From assembly GCA_038087875.1 (NCBI GenBank), contig CM075996.1:1-64000 (forward strand): 64,000 bases of DNA, read 5' to 3'. Numbering within the stretch: the first letter of the stretch is position 1; each line of letters begins with the position of its first letter. Positions 43,657 to 56,560 of this stretch are shown in pieces. This stretch comes from Malacoraja senta. Its lineage: Eukaryota. The notes under the pieces were generated by a model that worked only from the letters and a program-made list of their open reading frames with translations, had not been told where the DNA came from and ran no database searches. A program made the translations under genes and the position numbers.

Positions 43657-46600
43657 ACTTTTAAGCTTTCAACCTTTGACCTGTGACCTCGTGAACTTTT
43701 TTGAACAGCAGCACTAATGTGTTTTTTTTCAAACTGCAATAAGTTTCAAGACAAGTTTAAAGAAAAAAAAGGAGAGAAAAAAGAAAAAAGTGAAACAAAT
43801 TAAGGGGGTCATCCACAGTCTCTTTTGTGCACATAGACACCTCCCTCCTAATTTTCGGCTACTTTTTTTTAATCAAAAAAAAATACAAAACAAAAAACAA
43901 AAAAAACATATCACACTTCAAAATACTTGAATCATGAACGCCAACATTAAAAATGTGAAGTACACTTTACCATCACACAATAAATAAGTTTTTTAAAAAG
44001 GTAGTATAGTTTTTTTCCTTACATGATTTCCCCCCCCCCTCCGTATTGAGAAGTTGTTGCAACAGGATATTTACTGAAAACACAAAGCAGGCTTTTTAAA
44101 ATCTCTTTTTTTTTTTTTGCACTGGGCACGTTTCTGTCCTCTGACATGCAATAGCGGAGACGCAGCAGAACCTCACGTATTAAAGCTAGTGATTGACCAG
44201 GACAGATATCGGGCCTCGCAGTCACTTATTAGATGTACAATTTACAGGCTATTACTATGCACCCGTACCAGTGCTGTGTGTGCCAGCCTTCAGGGCTGGG
44301 CTGCAGCAGTTACCAATGTCAGACCTGCATTGTGGGATGGTGTGGGGTTGGAATTTAGAACAGATTCTTAAACTGTTCCCCTGATAACTAAATAAACCAC
44401 CAGGACCACTACTAAATCACACTGACCAGAGAAGTTCCACTTGATTTCTGGTCAGTGCTGAATTAGCTTATTTTTTTCAGCCACAGAGGCTGTTATCCTA
44501 GGGCTTAAATTGGCCCCTCCGCCACTGTATACAAGCTGGTCGGAGGGTCAGAAAGAAATCATTCGTAGTTTCCATTTGTACGTGTGGCTTTCCGGTGGGG
44601 TCAGGGTCGAAGGGAACGAAGCGGCAATGGCCTCTGCGGTTGAATACCCTGCCCACATTCGTTGTCTAGGGTCAGCAATGAATAATAGTTGCTTGGGCAA
44701 GGTTGCAAAGGGCTGTTAAATTGTTGGCCCAGCATGACTGATAATCTTAAGGAGGGGGGGGGGGGGAAATGGCATCGCAAGAGCATTAACCTCCATCTGC
44801 TTCTAGAAGTATGGAGAGTGGTATTTGCGTCATAGGTGCCTCTGGTTGATTAAGGCTCTGGGTATAACTTGGGTTATTGCTTCCCAGAGTTAGTCTTTTA
44901 ATCCAAGGAGATGCTGTTCCACTCCAATTTTGCCCATTGCCTCCTTTGTCCAAAGGTTGTCTTAACTCATTTCAGTTGTTAATTAAGATGTTCCCAGCCC
45001 TTTGCTACAATGCTGCTTCTTTTGCGCTCTATTCAGTTTGGTTACCTTATTTTTCTGCAGAAGATTTGTAACACATCCAGTGATAGATAGCAAGGCACAA
45101 TCTTGCGCTGATGAAGATAGTACCACACTGATTATTGTGTCATTTCATCACCTATAGCTGGTGCTGTTTACCATGCGCCACAGTTTAGCGTTGCAGTAGT
45201 GTCTTTATTTCCTTTTCTCTCTCTCTCTCTCTTACAACCCCCCCCCCCTCTCTCTCCCTCTCTCCTCCCCCCCTCTCTTCCCCCCCCCCTTCTCTCTGGG
45301 CTATGCTGCCCTCTGAATGCTACACTCTAATGACATAAGCACTTAAAAACAATGTAGGTTAGAAAACTTAGTGTAGAGGTTTTCAAGGTAAATGTACATG
45401 TTGCACTCAGTTTCAAAGTGTAGGGGGGGACTTGCATTGTGTACTGTAACAAGCTTTATCATTTTGTAAACTGGGGGGATTCCTGGCGGGTCAGTCATTT
45501 CCCTGCCCCCTCCCCCTTGAGGTATTTCAAAACACTTAGCTAATCCAATGAAGGTGTTGCCGTAATTTAATAAAAATAACTCCTTTGAAAATAGTCCTCC
45601 CTCCTTTTGTATATGTTTTGTGTTTTTTTAATCTTTGAGCAGAAATGTAGCTTTCCAATTGGCTTGGCTGGCTTGAGCCTTCCTCCGTTCACCTGGACTG
45701 CCTGTAAATTGACACTTTCACAAAATGCTTGTAGCCACCCACAAAGCCTCATTGGCACAAGCCTGCAAAATTGGTTTACAGCCAGCTGTTTACATCCCAC
45801 AGTCCCCGGCATCTCCACTCTTAACAAAACCTTCTCTGTAACTGCACAGGGATTTGGGAATAGGACCGAGCTCTGGGGACAACCTTGCTTATGGCTACAA
45901 TAACGCTTGCTGTGTGCAACTCACTTTCCTTTCCTTAAACCACGCAGGTTATTTCTTTGAAATTACGGTCCATCTGTGACAGCAAGACATTCTGTGGCCA
46001 TTCTGTGTACTTGCTGACCTGAAGTATGCAAACAAATGTTGCTGCAAACCTAGGTTTAAGGTTACATCAGACTGTGTAGGAATAGCTTTAGCATATTATT
46101 TTGTTTACACCAAACATTGAGCATGTCTGCATGCGTATGCAGAACAATGATGCACGTGCATTAAGGGATCACAGCTGGGACTCTTAAGCAGACCTGGTGT
46201 GACCACAGCATCGAACAAAATGTCCAATATAAACTTTAAAGATACTGAAAGTGTATTTCTTTAAAATGTTACATCAGGCGCATTTAATGAGTGGGTGTGT
46301 GTCTGTCTCCTGTCCAATTTCAATTTGTGACATTATTGCTGATTTCACCCACTCTTGAAATCAAATAATTCAATCAATTGTATTGAGTATACAACAGTTG
46401 CGCTGGAAACTGGCACACATCCTTAATAATATATCTAAAAACACACACACACACACCTCAATAGGTAGCAGACTATTTCAGTCGTGCTGCTGTACAGGCT
46501 GGTACTGGGTCTCAATTAATGGTAGATAAATGCCAAACGCAGAGAGGAGTATCAGTACCTTTGTTCACTGGTCGATCACTATATAAAATTTATAAACGTT

Positions 46601-47135
46601 TACGTATGAATGTTCTTTAGTAGTTTAAAAGCAGTTTGTGCTTTCCTTTATTTCCTCCCATTCATGTTTTAAGCCCACTTGGGTGAATCTAGTGAGAAAA
46701 GCATTTACTTGTTTAGGAAACTATATATAAAAATGTTGTTAATGTTGTTTAAAGTATTGCACCTTTTTTTCTGTTTTTTAATTGTCCTCATTGTGTTTTG
46801 CTGTAGTGTTAATTATTTTTCTTTATAAACAAAGTAAAGCATTGTAGAATGGGTATGAGGGAGAAGGGGCAGCATGGTAATGGACAATGAGCAGTGACAA
46901 ACAGTGAAGGGGAAAGGGAAGGACATTAGTCATTCTTTGAATGTCTTCACCTTCAGCTTGAAGGCACGCCGCTGTCGCATCAGTTCAGTGATTAAAAGTA
47001 GCTGTCATTAAAAGTTACTATTTTAATCTAGCTTCTGATCCAACCAGCCAACCTGTAGAAAACCTTTGCCTTTCCCCCACTCATACATATTGTCACTTTT
47101 GCATTTACCATGCTTATCCCACCCCTGCCCTCCTC

Positions 47136-47265
47136 NNNNNNNNNNNNNNNNNNNNNNNNNNNNNNNNNNNNNNNNNNNNNNNNNNNNNNNNNNNNNNNNN
47201 NNNNNNNNNNNNNNNNNNNNNNNNNNNNNNNNNNNNNNNNNNNNNNNNNNNNNNNNNNNNNNNNN
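47136..47265. other. Assembly gap (130 N)
   Basis: Run of N. Confidence 1.
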
Positions 47266-50200
47266 CTCACTCCTGCGTGTGCTTGCTCATCTTCCAGCAC
47301 TTTGTGGAGTGATAAAATTCAGAATATTAGGGAGGTGTCCAAGTGTTTGGCCTTGTCCTGTTTACATAATCTCTAGGGCTGTGTCGAATTGAAATATTTT
47401 GAAGAATCTTGCATTTTTAAAACAAAAAATTGTCTAGTTTGATTGAATAGTCTAATGACCTTTAGGCCTGGAAGAACGGGGATATGACTAAATTGCTGGG
47501 CACTGTATCTGATCCAGCCACCCTCGCTCTGTTCATTAGTGGAGACTGGTTATTGTACCAGTACCTAAGGCTCCTCTGACTAAGGTAACGTTTATATCGA
47601 CTAATCCAAGGTGAGGTGGATTAGGGAGTGATGCGACCCGTCCTCCATCGCACTTAATCCACATTTCTGTTTTGAGAGTGTGGACTCTGAGAATAATTTA
47701 TATGAACTGTTCTTATACATGATTTTAAATACTTAAGTTCAAATATTGCCGGCACAGTCCTATAAACTCTATTTCCAATGCATTGAGAAATCAGAAATCA
47801 GAAAAAAAAAACTTTGAACCGTTCTTCCATCAAAACAGGATAACAAAAGACCAAAAATATATGTTTCGTATTTTTAGATGAAAAACTCTGGGAGCATTTG
47901 ACAGTGTTGTTTTTATTTTAGTTTGCATTTTCTTTTTGTTTTGCTTCTATTATTTTACTTCCTCCTAAAATTTAAAGAAAGTTCTCAGGAATTTTTAGGG
48001 GAAAAGCCAGTTCCCAAAATGTTGTTTATTTTTAAGAGGGAATAAATAAAACCTGATGTTTGACTTTGAGATTTAGATTTTTAAGTCTATTTGTTGCACC
48101 AGTTCCAAACCCGTCTAATGACAAGAAGTCACTTAAATAGTAATACCTCATAGCGTTCCTTTTGGAATATTTGGGTTAGAAGTAATACGTACACACAATT
48201 GTAATCATATTCGCTTTGACTGGCAAGAACAACTCTTCTCATCCTGGAGAAGATAAAAGTGGAGAAAGGAAAGGGTGGGAGGGTTGTGGTGTACCCAGTG
48301 TGATATTAAATCTCTGATCAATCCTTTTTCAATGTGCAAAGATCCATTGTAAAATGCCCTCGCCCCTCAACCTAGTAATGGAATCCTCCACTCAACTACG
48401 CATGGCAACTGAAAATGTCCTGTCCAAATCTATAAGCAAGCCATTTGTGAATCCACAGTGAGTGTGGGAACAGTTAGTCTGGATCGGGGTGTTTAATGTG
48501 CTGTATTTTCACTGTACTTCCATATCCTGACTGATCCATGCTATGACAGGGGGAAGAAAAGTGGCCAAAAATATTTCAAACAGGAAAAAGTATTGTTTCA
48601 TGAAATTAAGGGAAATGATTCCAAAATAAGCATAATTTGTTTTGTACTCTCCCTAGTTCTGTGTACCATCCTGGCTTATTCCAGCTTGGTGAAGGCATTT
48701 CTTGTGCTGGTCAGCAGCCCTGGCAATTGTTTAAACTCTTTAGGATCCCTGTACTATATTGCTTCAGAGAGGTGGCAATGAGGGGAGCTCAGCGACGGGG
48801 CCCTTTTATATTGGTGTTACTGCTTTAGTGTGGTGCTGTTTAATGCTGAGGAGCAGCATTTAATACCGTTTGGCAGCTGAGCACTGGCACTTCACACTAA
48901 TGTAGTTAGCAGCTTGAGATGATCAGCAAGTGCCACAGCAGAAACCAGCCTGGCCCGAGTCTCTAGCATTGCATGCGTCGTGCCTCCCCTCCCCCCATCT
49001 CATCCCCCATTTTATGTGTGGAACATTTGAAACATAAATATATCATGCTGCAATTTTATTGCTTAGTTGCACATGTCAGAATAACAATTATTGTAAAATA
49101 TCGCCTTGCTTAGAATAATTTGGTTGGTTTCTGTTGTAAAAGTATTCCTTGTTTTCATTTCTTCCCAACTGACACAAATTCCATTTTAGATGTCATTGTT
49201 GATGGCATTGTGGGGCAGTTTCCAAACGAATGTTAAAAGTCCCTGACAATTGCTAAGCTGGTATTTATTCAGTAAGTGGATGACCACCCTTCTCATGTTG
49301 GGCAGCAGGACTTGAATATTATTAACCCCCGACCCACTGAACCGCTGCAGATTTCAATATACCAACTTTGTAGATGCATTTAGACTGTGACGAACCATAG
49401 ACACAAGAGAAGCGAGATTTGCAGATAAACAGAACATTTAAACACTGCTTTAAAACAAGATAAAACACTGCTTAAAATAATACACATGCTAGAACCCCAC
49501 TGTACATGGCCTATGGAGCCACGCAAATGTGTGTTTAAAATGATCACAATGAAGGGTAGCCTGTAAGGCTAAGTGGAGGGTAGAAATTGTAGCTTACACA
49601 CAGCCCCTGCACCTTAAATAATGTTTCAGATGGTGCCTATCATTTATCATCTGAACCTCTTCTTCAGATGATGACTGAATAGTAAATCTGTTGTCAATTT
49701 GCAGCATTTTCTGGTTTATCATAGGTTCTTATCATTCCTTGTTAGCTATCCTGCTGGTTTCTCCTACAACACAGCCCCTGTTTCCGTGTGTAATTGAGTC
49801 CTGCATAGCTTTGTAATTGTGGTGCTTTAGGTGAGGGAAGCAGAGGTTTCACTTCCATGTCTGCATACAATTGTACCTTGACCTGAAAATATCAGTTACT
49901 GGCAAATTTCTGTAAAGTAAAGGGGTAGGTGTTTACAATTCTAGATCCCATTCATCAGCCTGTGAACAGTGACCATATCCTTAGTTATCTTAACTATATT
50001 AGAAAATGTGAATCGATTTGAGTTTCCAGTCAGTTGCTTTTCCCAGATCATAATCAATGTGGAGAAACTCCCCTCACATTGACCTTTGTAGAGGGGTTGG
50101 GAAAAAGATGCAAAATCTGCCGTGTGTTAGAGTGACGTGTGTTAGAATAATTAAGAGGGAATCGATTTTGGCAGCACCCGATGGCACTTTAAACACTTAG

Positions 50201-53200
50201 CTATCTCATTTACATCTCTTCAGCAAACGGTATCATTTTTTTTCACCTGGTTTTAACTTTTACGGTTGTTGTCACATAAACCGCACCGCCATTCCCTGAC
50301 TTTAGGTAGGTTGGAGTGGGTGGGGGGAAGAAGGGAGAAAGACGGTGCCCTTTCTGACCTGTCGGTCTCCTGCCAGTGCCGAATAGCATTGTCATTAAAA
50401 GCAAACCGCAGTGCTAATCGTTCTTCCTGAAGGAGTGCCTGAAACCGTGAGATTACTGAGCAGTCTCTTGTAGATCCACTGCATTCCCTGAGTATTTTAA
50501 AAAATATGCTCAAATCCCAATGCAAACGTACCAATTGATCACTCTCGAAGTGATCCCAGCACACGCCATTGACTGAGAGAATTGATTCCCATGTCACCAG
50601 CCATATCTGAACTTAGCACACTTTAAACTGGATCTGTCATGATCGAGTCCTTTCATGGGGCATTCAGTACCTTGATTCCTTGTCTTTGTTCCATCCGCAG
50701 CCAAGATTGTAGTCTCCCAGCTACGTGTTTTTAATGTTAAAATGTAATTTTAATGTTTTTATTACCTGTGCTATTTATTGGCTGTAAATGTTTGGGCCAC
50801 AGCTTGAGTATCAGGAAGAACCCGTTTATCTCATTTGTTGGTGGAAAAGTTCTTTCAAACTTCCCATCAGATTTGGTGATGATTCATGCATTGTCTTTGG
50901 TTACTTTGCTTGGGTTTGGTTGACTGGGATATGGAACAACTGGCAAGCTTGCCCCTTGTCTGTGTATGGATTGTATTGCTAACATCCTGCTTTTCCCTTT
51001 TCCTAAAACCTGAGTTGTGAATGCATTGGTGCTGCTATTAGTTTGATTGCACAGTTCATCTGTATGCACAGCTGTATTAGGGCAGTAGTGTTAATCGTAT
51101 CTATAATCTTTATATTTTTGTGTGAAGGATGAGGGAGAGATTCGACTCCTTGCCACATTGGGGTGAATGGGGTTTTGCTGGGGATTGGATGCCACATCTT
51201 TCTCATGAAACAGTGCAGCTGTGCTGCTTAAGTTGGCCGTTTAAATTTGTAAAGGATATCGCACTTTGAAAGGAAAATTTAGTGTTGAGAATTTCTGCCT
51301 TTTTGAAAGTATGTCTTATTTTAAAAAGAAATCCATAGCTGTGACTAAGATGTTGCTATATTGAATTATTGCTGTTTAGTTAATATTGTATGATCCAGGG
51401 CATAGCTCTCCCATTATTTCTTCCAACGATATTGCAGGGTGTGTTCATAGTTTGCTTTCTCCTGTTTTGTGGGGATGGGAGAATAAGATTGATTGCATAC
51501 GTAATATTTTTTGTGCATGGAAAATTGTTACGTTACAAAAACAATTCTGACAATTGCCTTTCGGGTCCTCCATCTGCCCTCCCTGATAACAGGCAGTTGC
51601 AGTAATCAGTGTCTTAGGATCTGCCGAAATAAAACTCCCATTTTTCAAGGAGAAACAATCAGCATTGCTTTGGAATTTTCCTTTAAGAAAACTATCAAAA
51701 AGCTTTGGATTTGATCAATCCAACAGTGTGTGTATATTGCACAGTGAATTTAGTCTATAATAGAGTTTTTTTGGTATTAATGACTTTGATGGGGGAGAGA
51801 AGTGGCTCCTCATAAAAAGATATTTCTAGAATTGCACGTAGCATGCAACTTGCTTCTTGTAATTTCTCATTCTTCTACACCACTGCGGCTGTTTAAACGC
51901 GTAGAGCAGCTGCGCTGGTCAGCTGCTGGTGCTTGCCTTTCTCTCCTGGCGAGTTGACTCACAGTCCAGGGAAGAAGTCCAACTGCCAGTAATTCTGTAA
52001 AGAACTTGTCCTGTGCGTTTACGTTCATCATCACAACACCAAATAAAGAAAATGAGACTCATGGATTGTTTTGAGGGCCTTGGGAGGAGGGGGTAGCTTC
52101 AATCCTTATTCAGCAGTTTTAATTTAGGGAATAAATTTGTTAGAATAATTTGACCCAAGCTGTGTGCATGGCACGGGCCTTCATCCTCTCCATCCGTTGC
52201 ACTGTTCCCGGGATGTGGTGATGCATTCCCGACACATCCTCTGGTTTATTTTTCTCCTCCCTTTTTGTTCCCACGACAGATTGCATTCATGCAACCCTCC
52301 ACCCATCTCCTTTCCCTCCTGCCTCCATTACTCACCTTGCCCATAAAATGGGGTGCGCCTTGGATGACCTATTGCATTGTCCCGTGTTAATCAAAGAGGC
52401 ATTACAAAAATCCATCATGAAGTGGGGTGGGAAAGAGATTGAATTACACTGTTTACACTTGCCTGATTCAATTGCTGTGACTCAGAGTGATGTCTATTAC
52501 TTTGCTGCACCATGTCAAAATATTAATGAAAATAAACATTTTTGTTCTGTTTTAGTTGGAGTTTACAGGGTATCATTGGAAAATTTGGTGCCATGTAAAC
52601 TGGGATAATTAATCCCCAACAGTGTGATGCAGAGAGTGTTAGTTAGGCATCCTCCCCTTTCAGTGGAAATAGCAGAGTGGTCTTGCCAAGGATTCCTGCG
52701 TAGTTGGTTATTGGTGCAGCAGACAGTTACACAGAGTGCAGTAAGGAGGCAGCATATCAGAACTGCTCAGGAGAAGTTGAAACTATATTTCAGTTGCAGA
52801 CAAGTAACCTGTATATAAACCTTTACAATTATCACTCAACTAATGTAGAATTCGGCAACCAAGAAGGAAGAGATTTTAAAAAAACTTATTCTAATAGTAC
52901 TGTGAATTATATATATATATATATAAATATATAAAAATCTTAAATTGCGTGGTTCCAAGGATTTCTCAATTTTTAAAATAAAATAATCCTAATGTTATAT
53001 AATGAACAATTTAGAACATTTGCAGAAGAATTTGCTGATATGTCATACATTAAGCATGTGTGTATTTTGATAGGTTTTGCAGGAAAAAAAATGTATGGAG
53101 CTAGGTGGTCGGGATAATTGGTCTGTTTGGTATTCGGATGTCTGATTTCCTACCGTGCCTGCCCCCGGTACCAGTTCAGTATTGGTGCTATCGGACTGTC

Positions 53201-54508
53201 GCTTCTTATATTGATAAATATTGGTAAGGCAACCCTGTAGCACCTACAGTGGGATGCCTGGCTCCCCAGATTGGGCAGCAGAGGGTTTAACACTTGTAGA
53301 CTTGGCTCACCTGCCAGTGTTTGGCAAAAAGCTTTTTTTTTTTTTAGGCAGACCACTCAATGGGTTGCCATAGGTAACTGGATAATCCATCTATTTTATT
53401 TTTTGAGATTGGGGAGGGGTTGTTGGGAGGGAAAGAGAAGTCTAACGCCATTTTCTCTTCTGTGAACACACCATTCTTGTTTAACAGAGTGGTTGGTTGG
53501 CCTTGTCCAAAAACAAAATCATCATCCAAACCATCTTTACTGTGGATTGAAGGTGGGTTCAGTAGCAGAGTGATTTCTGTAGGGATACGGCGTGTCTGTG
53601 TAGAAAATGCAGTGTTGTCACTAGAATTACTTGGCGTAATGGTGCCAATACACTATAGGAAAAATAATAGTACTTCAAGCCAATACATTCTGTGATGTTG
53701 TGTTCATTCACCACTTAAAACTGTACCTGTCTCTATCAGCACTGATTAGTAACTGGCAGTAATGCACTTCACCCAGTATTATACAGCTTGGGTTGCAACC
53801 AGGGAGAGTGTTATGTTTGAGAAGGCAGAACTTAGAATTTCGCAATGGTTTAAGTGGCCAAGAGTACATTACGGTTTACTGCAATGCTGGTGACAACACT
53901 GTAATGTATAAATTACCTTTGACAGAAGTGAGAGGCAGGACTGACACACACAAAAAATGAATGTATTTCATTATTTAAACAAAATGGCCTGCAAAATTTG
54001 TTTAAAGGGATACTGACTTTTTACCATATTGGGAGAGGGATGGGTGATGGGGTTTGGGGGGGGGGGGGGGTGGGGGGTGGAGAAATCATCCCATTAGTGG
54101 GTGCCATTGCCTTTTAATTAGAAAATGAAAATTCTGAACTATGCATTCTGTAACCAGGATAGGTACTTATTAAGAGAGGAAAAATAAAATCACTGGTTCA
54201 TTAACAAATTGTGTTGCTTTATGTAGTTTGTACAAATAAGCTGGAGAGTTTCCATTTCTTGATCTGGCCATAGCTGGTACTGTAACCCCATCGCTGGAAT
54301 AATAAGGGTGAATTTTTTTATATATCAGAGCAAAATATTAAAAAAAAGTCATTTCATTGAAACTGAAACAAAATGTTGTTCTAATAGGTATATATATAAA
54401 TAATTTTGAATTTTGCTTTTATCCGTGGTTTGTTTTGAGGATGTGATTGTGATTGTGCAACACAGTTGCTTCAGTGGACTACATAATTTTTCTTGAGAAA
54501 AAAAAGAG

Positions 54509-54514
54509 AATAAA
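54509..54514 (+). terminator. Candidate distal polyadenylation signal of TNRC6B
   Basis: AATAAA followed by U/GU-rich tttcgtgttcgacttttattctttc; young repeats resume at ~54890. Confidence 0.45.
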
Positions 54515-54886
54515 CATGTGTTTGGCTGCTAAGCATTACATTTCGTGTTCGACTTTTATTCTTTCATCTACATTACACTGTACAGTTAATGTTGCTGACC
54601 CCTCCCTCCTGGGGAATCCTGGAGACTCCAGTTGAAGGTTCATCTCCGGGACCCTGCTGCCAGAAATGAGAAGATTCTCTTCAAGTCTTTTATGTATTGG
54701 CTGTAAAAATGTTGGAACTGGGAAAGGATTTGCTGTTTGGTTTGAAGCTAAGGATACTTTTCTTGGAGAGCTGCTATGGTTTCTAATTTGCCTTAGCAAA
54801 GTCAGAAGTCCTCAAGTCAAATCTTGGGTGACCAGAGGTGGGAGGTGGGAATGGTGCTGTTTGAATAGGAGAGGTCTATTACTAAA

Positions 54887-55140
54887 GTCAGAGTCTTACA
54901 GTGTGGGAACAGGCCAACAGTCCCAGCTACACTAGCCCCACCTGCCTGCGTTTAGCCCATATCCCTCTAAACCTATCCTATCCATGTACCTGTCCAAATG
55001 TCTCTAAAATGTTATGATCGTTCCTGCCCCAACTACCTCCTCTGGCAGCTTGTTCCGTACACCCACTACCCTATGCGTAAAAGTTACCTCTCACTATTCC
55101 TATTAAATATTTTCCCCTTCACCTTAAACCTGTCCTCTTG
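54887..55140 (-). mobile_element. CR1 3' fragment
   Basis: gcccatatccctctaaacc...ctattaaat...accttaaacc pattern. Confidence 0.7.
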
Positions 55141-56329
55141 GTTTAGATAGATTGGGATCCCTAATGTTTGGGTGGCCTGGGTGAATCTTTCTTTCCTGCC
55201 TCCCCAACATTTCCACAGTTGGCAGCATTGGGCAATTTTCCATGAAAGTGAAGCAGGTTCAAAGTTATATCCAGAGCAATCAACTTCAATAGATTGGGGT
55301 AGAAATTGGGTCGAATGTATCTCTTGGTGACTTATTTTGGATAAAAGATGAGTGCGAGGAGAGGGTTGTCCTAGGTGAAGATCAGATTGGTTTGAAGTAT
55401 AATGTTGGCCATGAGCATCCTGAGTGGTAATAGGCCTCTGAACTAGTGCAAAGATAGACACAAAATGCTGGAGTAACTGAGCAAGACAGAGAGCATCTCT
55501 GGAGAGAAGGAATGGGTAACATTCAAGACGCTTCTTCAGACAGAGCGGTTTGAGTGTTGACATTGTCCTTTAGTATTGACCAGTCTCTGAAATGATCGGT
55601 GCCATGTGCCTGAGATTTCCCAGATAAACCTCACAACTAATGACCAACAAACTTTCAGAATTGAGATGCAACACTCATGTTAGTTGAGGTTTCATTGTCA
55701 GTTTAGTTTTTATAAATGGGAAGGTTAGGAAAAATAATTGTTTGAAGTTTAATTTTGAGTATGCACCATCTTTAAATACAATTTCTTAGTTTCCCCAGAC
55801 CTCCTCTTACATGGTCCTGTTCTAGATGTTAGGAAAAATCTGGCAGTAATTGTAAAATATCTCTGTAATGCAGAGAAGTAAAGTACAGTACAAGAGGCCT
55901 TCTACATTTGAATTAGACATACATGACGTAGCAGTTGCAAGGATCTTGTGTGAGAGAAAGCTGCAATTCTACGTGTCAGCGTCAAATGGTTTCCAAAAGA
56001 TGAGTTAGGAACATACCGAATACATCAGGGACCAACTGTGGAAAGTGTGAGTTGATGTTTCAGTTGCATGACCTTTTATTTGAACTATGAAAAGTTGGAA
56101 TCAAATATGTTTTAAATAGTGGAGAGAATAATGGGAATGGTTGTGGTGGTGCTAGGTTTGAGGATGGTAATGGCTTATTAATCGCAACTTAGAAGAGGAG
56201 AAAGGGATGTTGTGCAATATTAAACACAGGTTCAGCCTGTGTGGAGTTTGAACTGTTTCTGTGTTGTATATCAGTGACTTTAATGTCCAACAATTTTGAA
56301 CACCAAATGCAGTACACTTAATTGGGAAA

Positions 56330-56560
56330 GTGCTGTAGAAATATTGTAGTCACAAGCAAGTGGGAAGAAGAGGTCAGAGGCATCTGCTGCATCGCATGGA
56401 AAGATGCAGTGAGCTGGGGAGTAGGCGGTTGTTGCAGATGGAAAGGTGAACCAGGAGAAAAGAGGAAGATATGACATTGCAATGAAAGTGGCAGAAATTA
56501 GATCTGGTGACTGTGGAGGATGGTGGGGTGAAAGATGAAGACAAGGGGAACCCTATCCCT
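56330..56560 (-). mobile_element. Penelope-like ORF relic
   Basis: Minus translation RDRVPLVFIFHPT..., typical of the PLE RT-endonuclease linker. Confidence 0.5.

Larger units (their letters stand above)
43657..54535 (+). other. TNRC6B: Probable long TNRC6B 3' UTR
   Basis: No recognisable young SINE/LINE for ~11 kb, unlike the introns; many miRNA seed matches; ends near AATAAA 54509-54514 with downstream U/GU-rich sequence. The end point is inferred. Confidence 0.6.

Noticed and set aside
47028-47392. ORFs spanning the N run
   Set aside because: Artefacts of the assembly gap.
54046-54080. G-run as a functional G-quadruplex (similar runs at 39098 and 44754)
   Set aside because: Simple homopolymers that are common in this window and error-prone; no independent support.
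54536-54799. Minus-strand ORF with faint resemblance to part of C22orf23
   Set aside because: Similarity is limited to a short Ser/Pro-rich stretch, with no conserved flanking motifs or compatible splice sites. tBLASTn would settle it.
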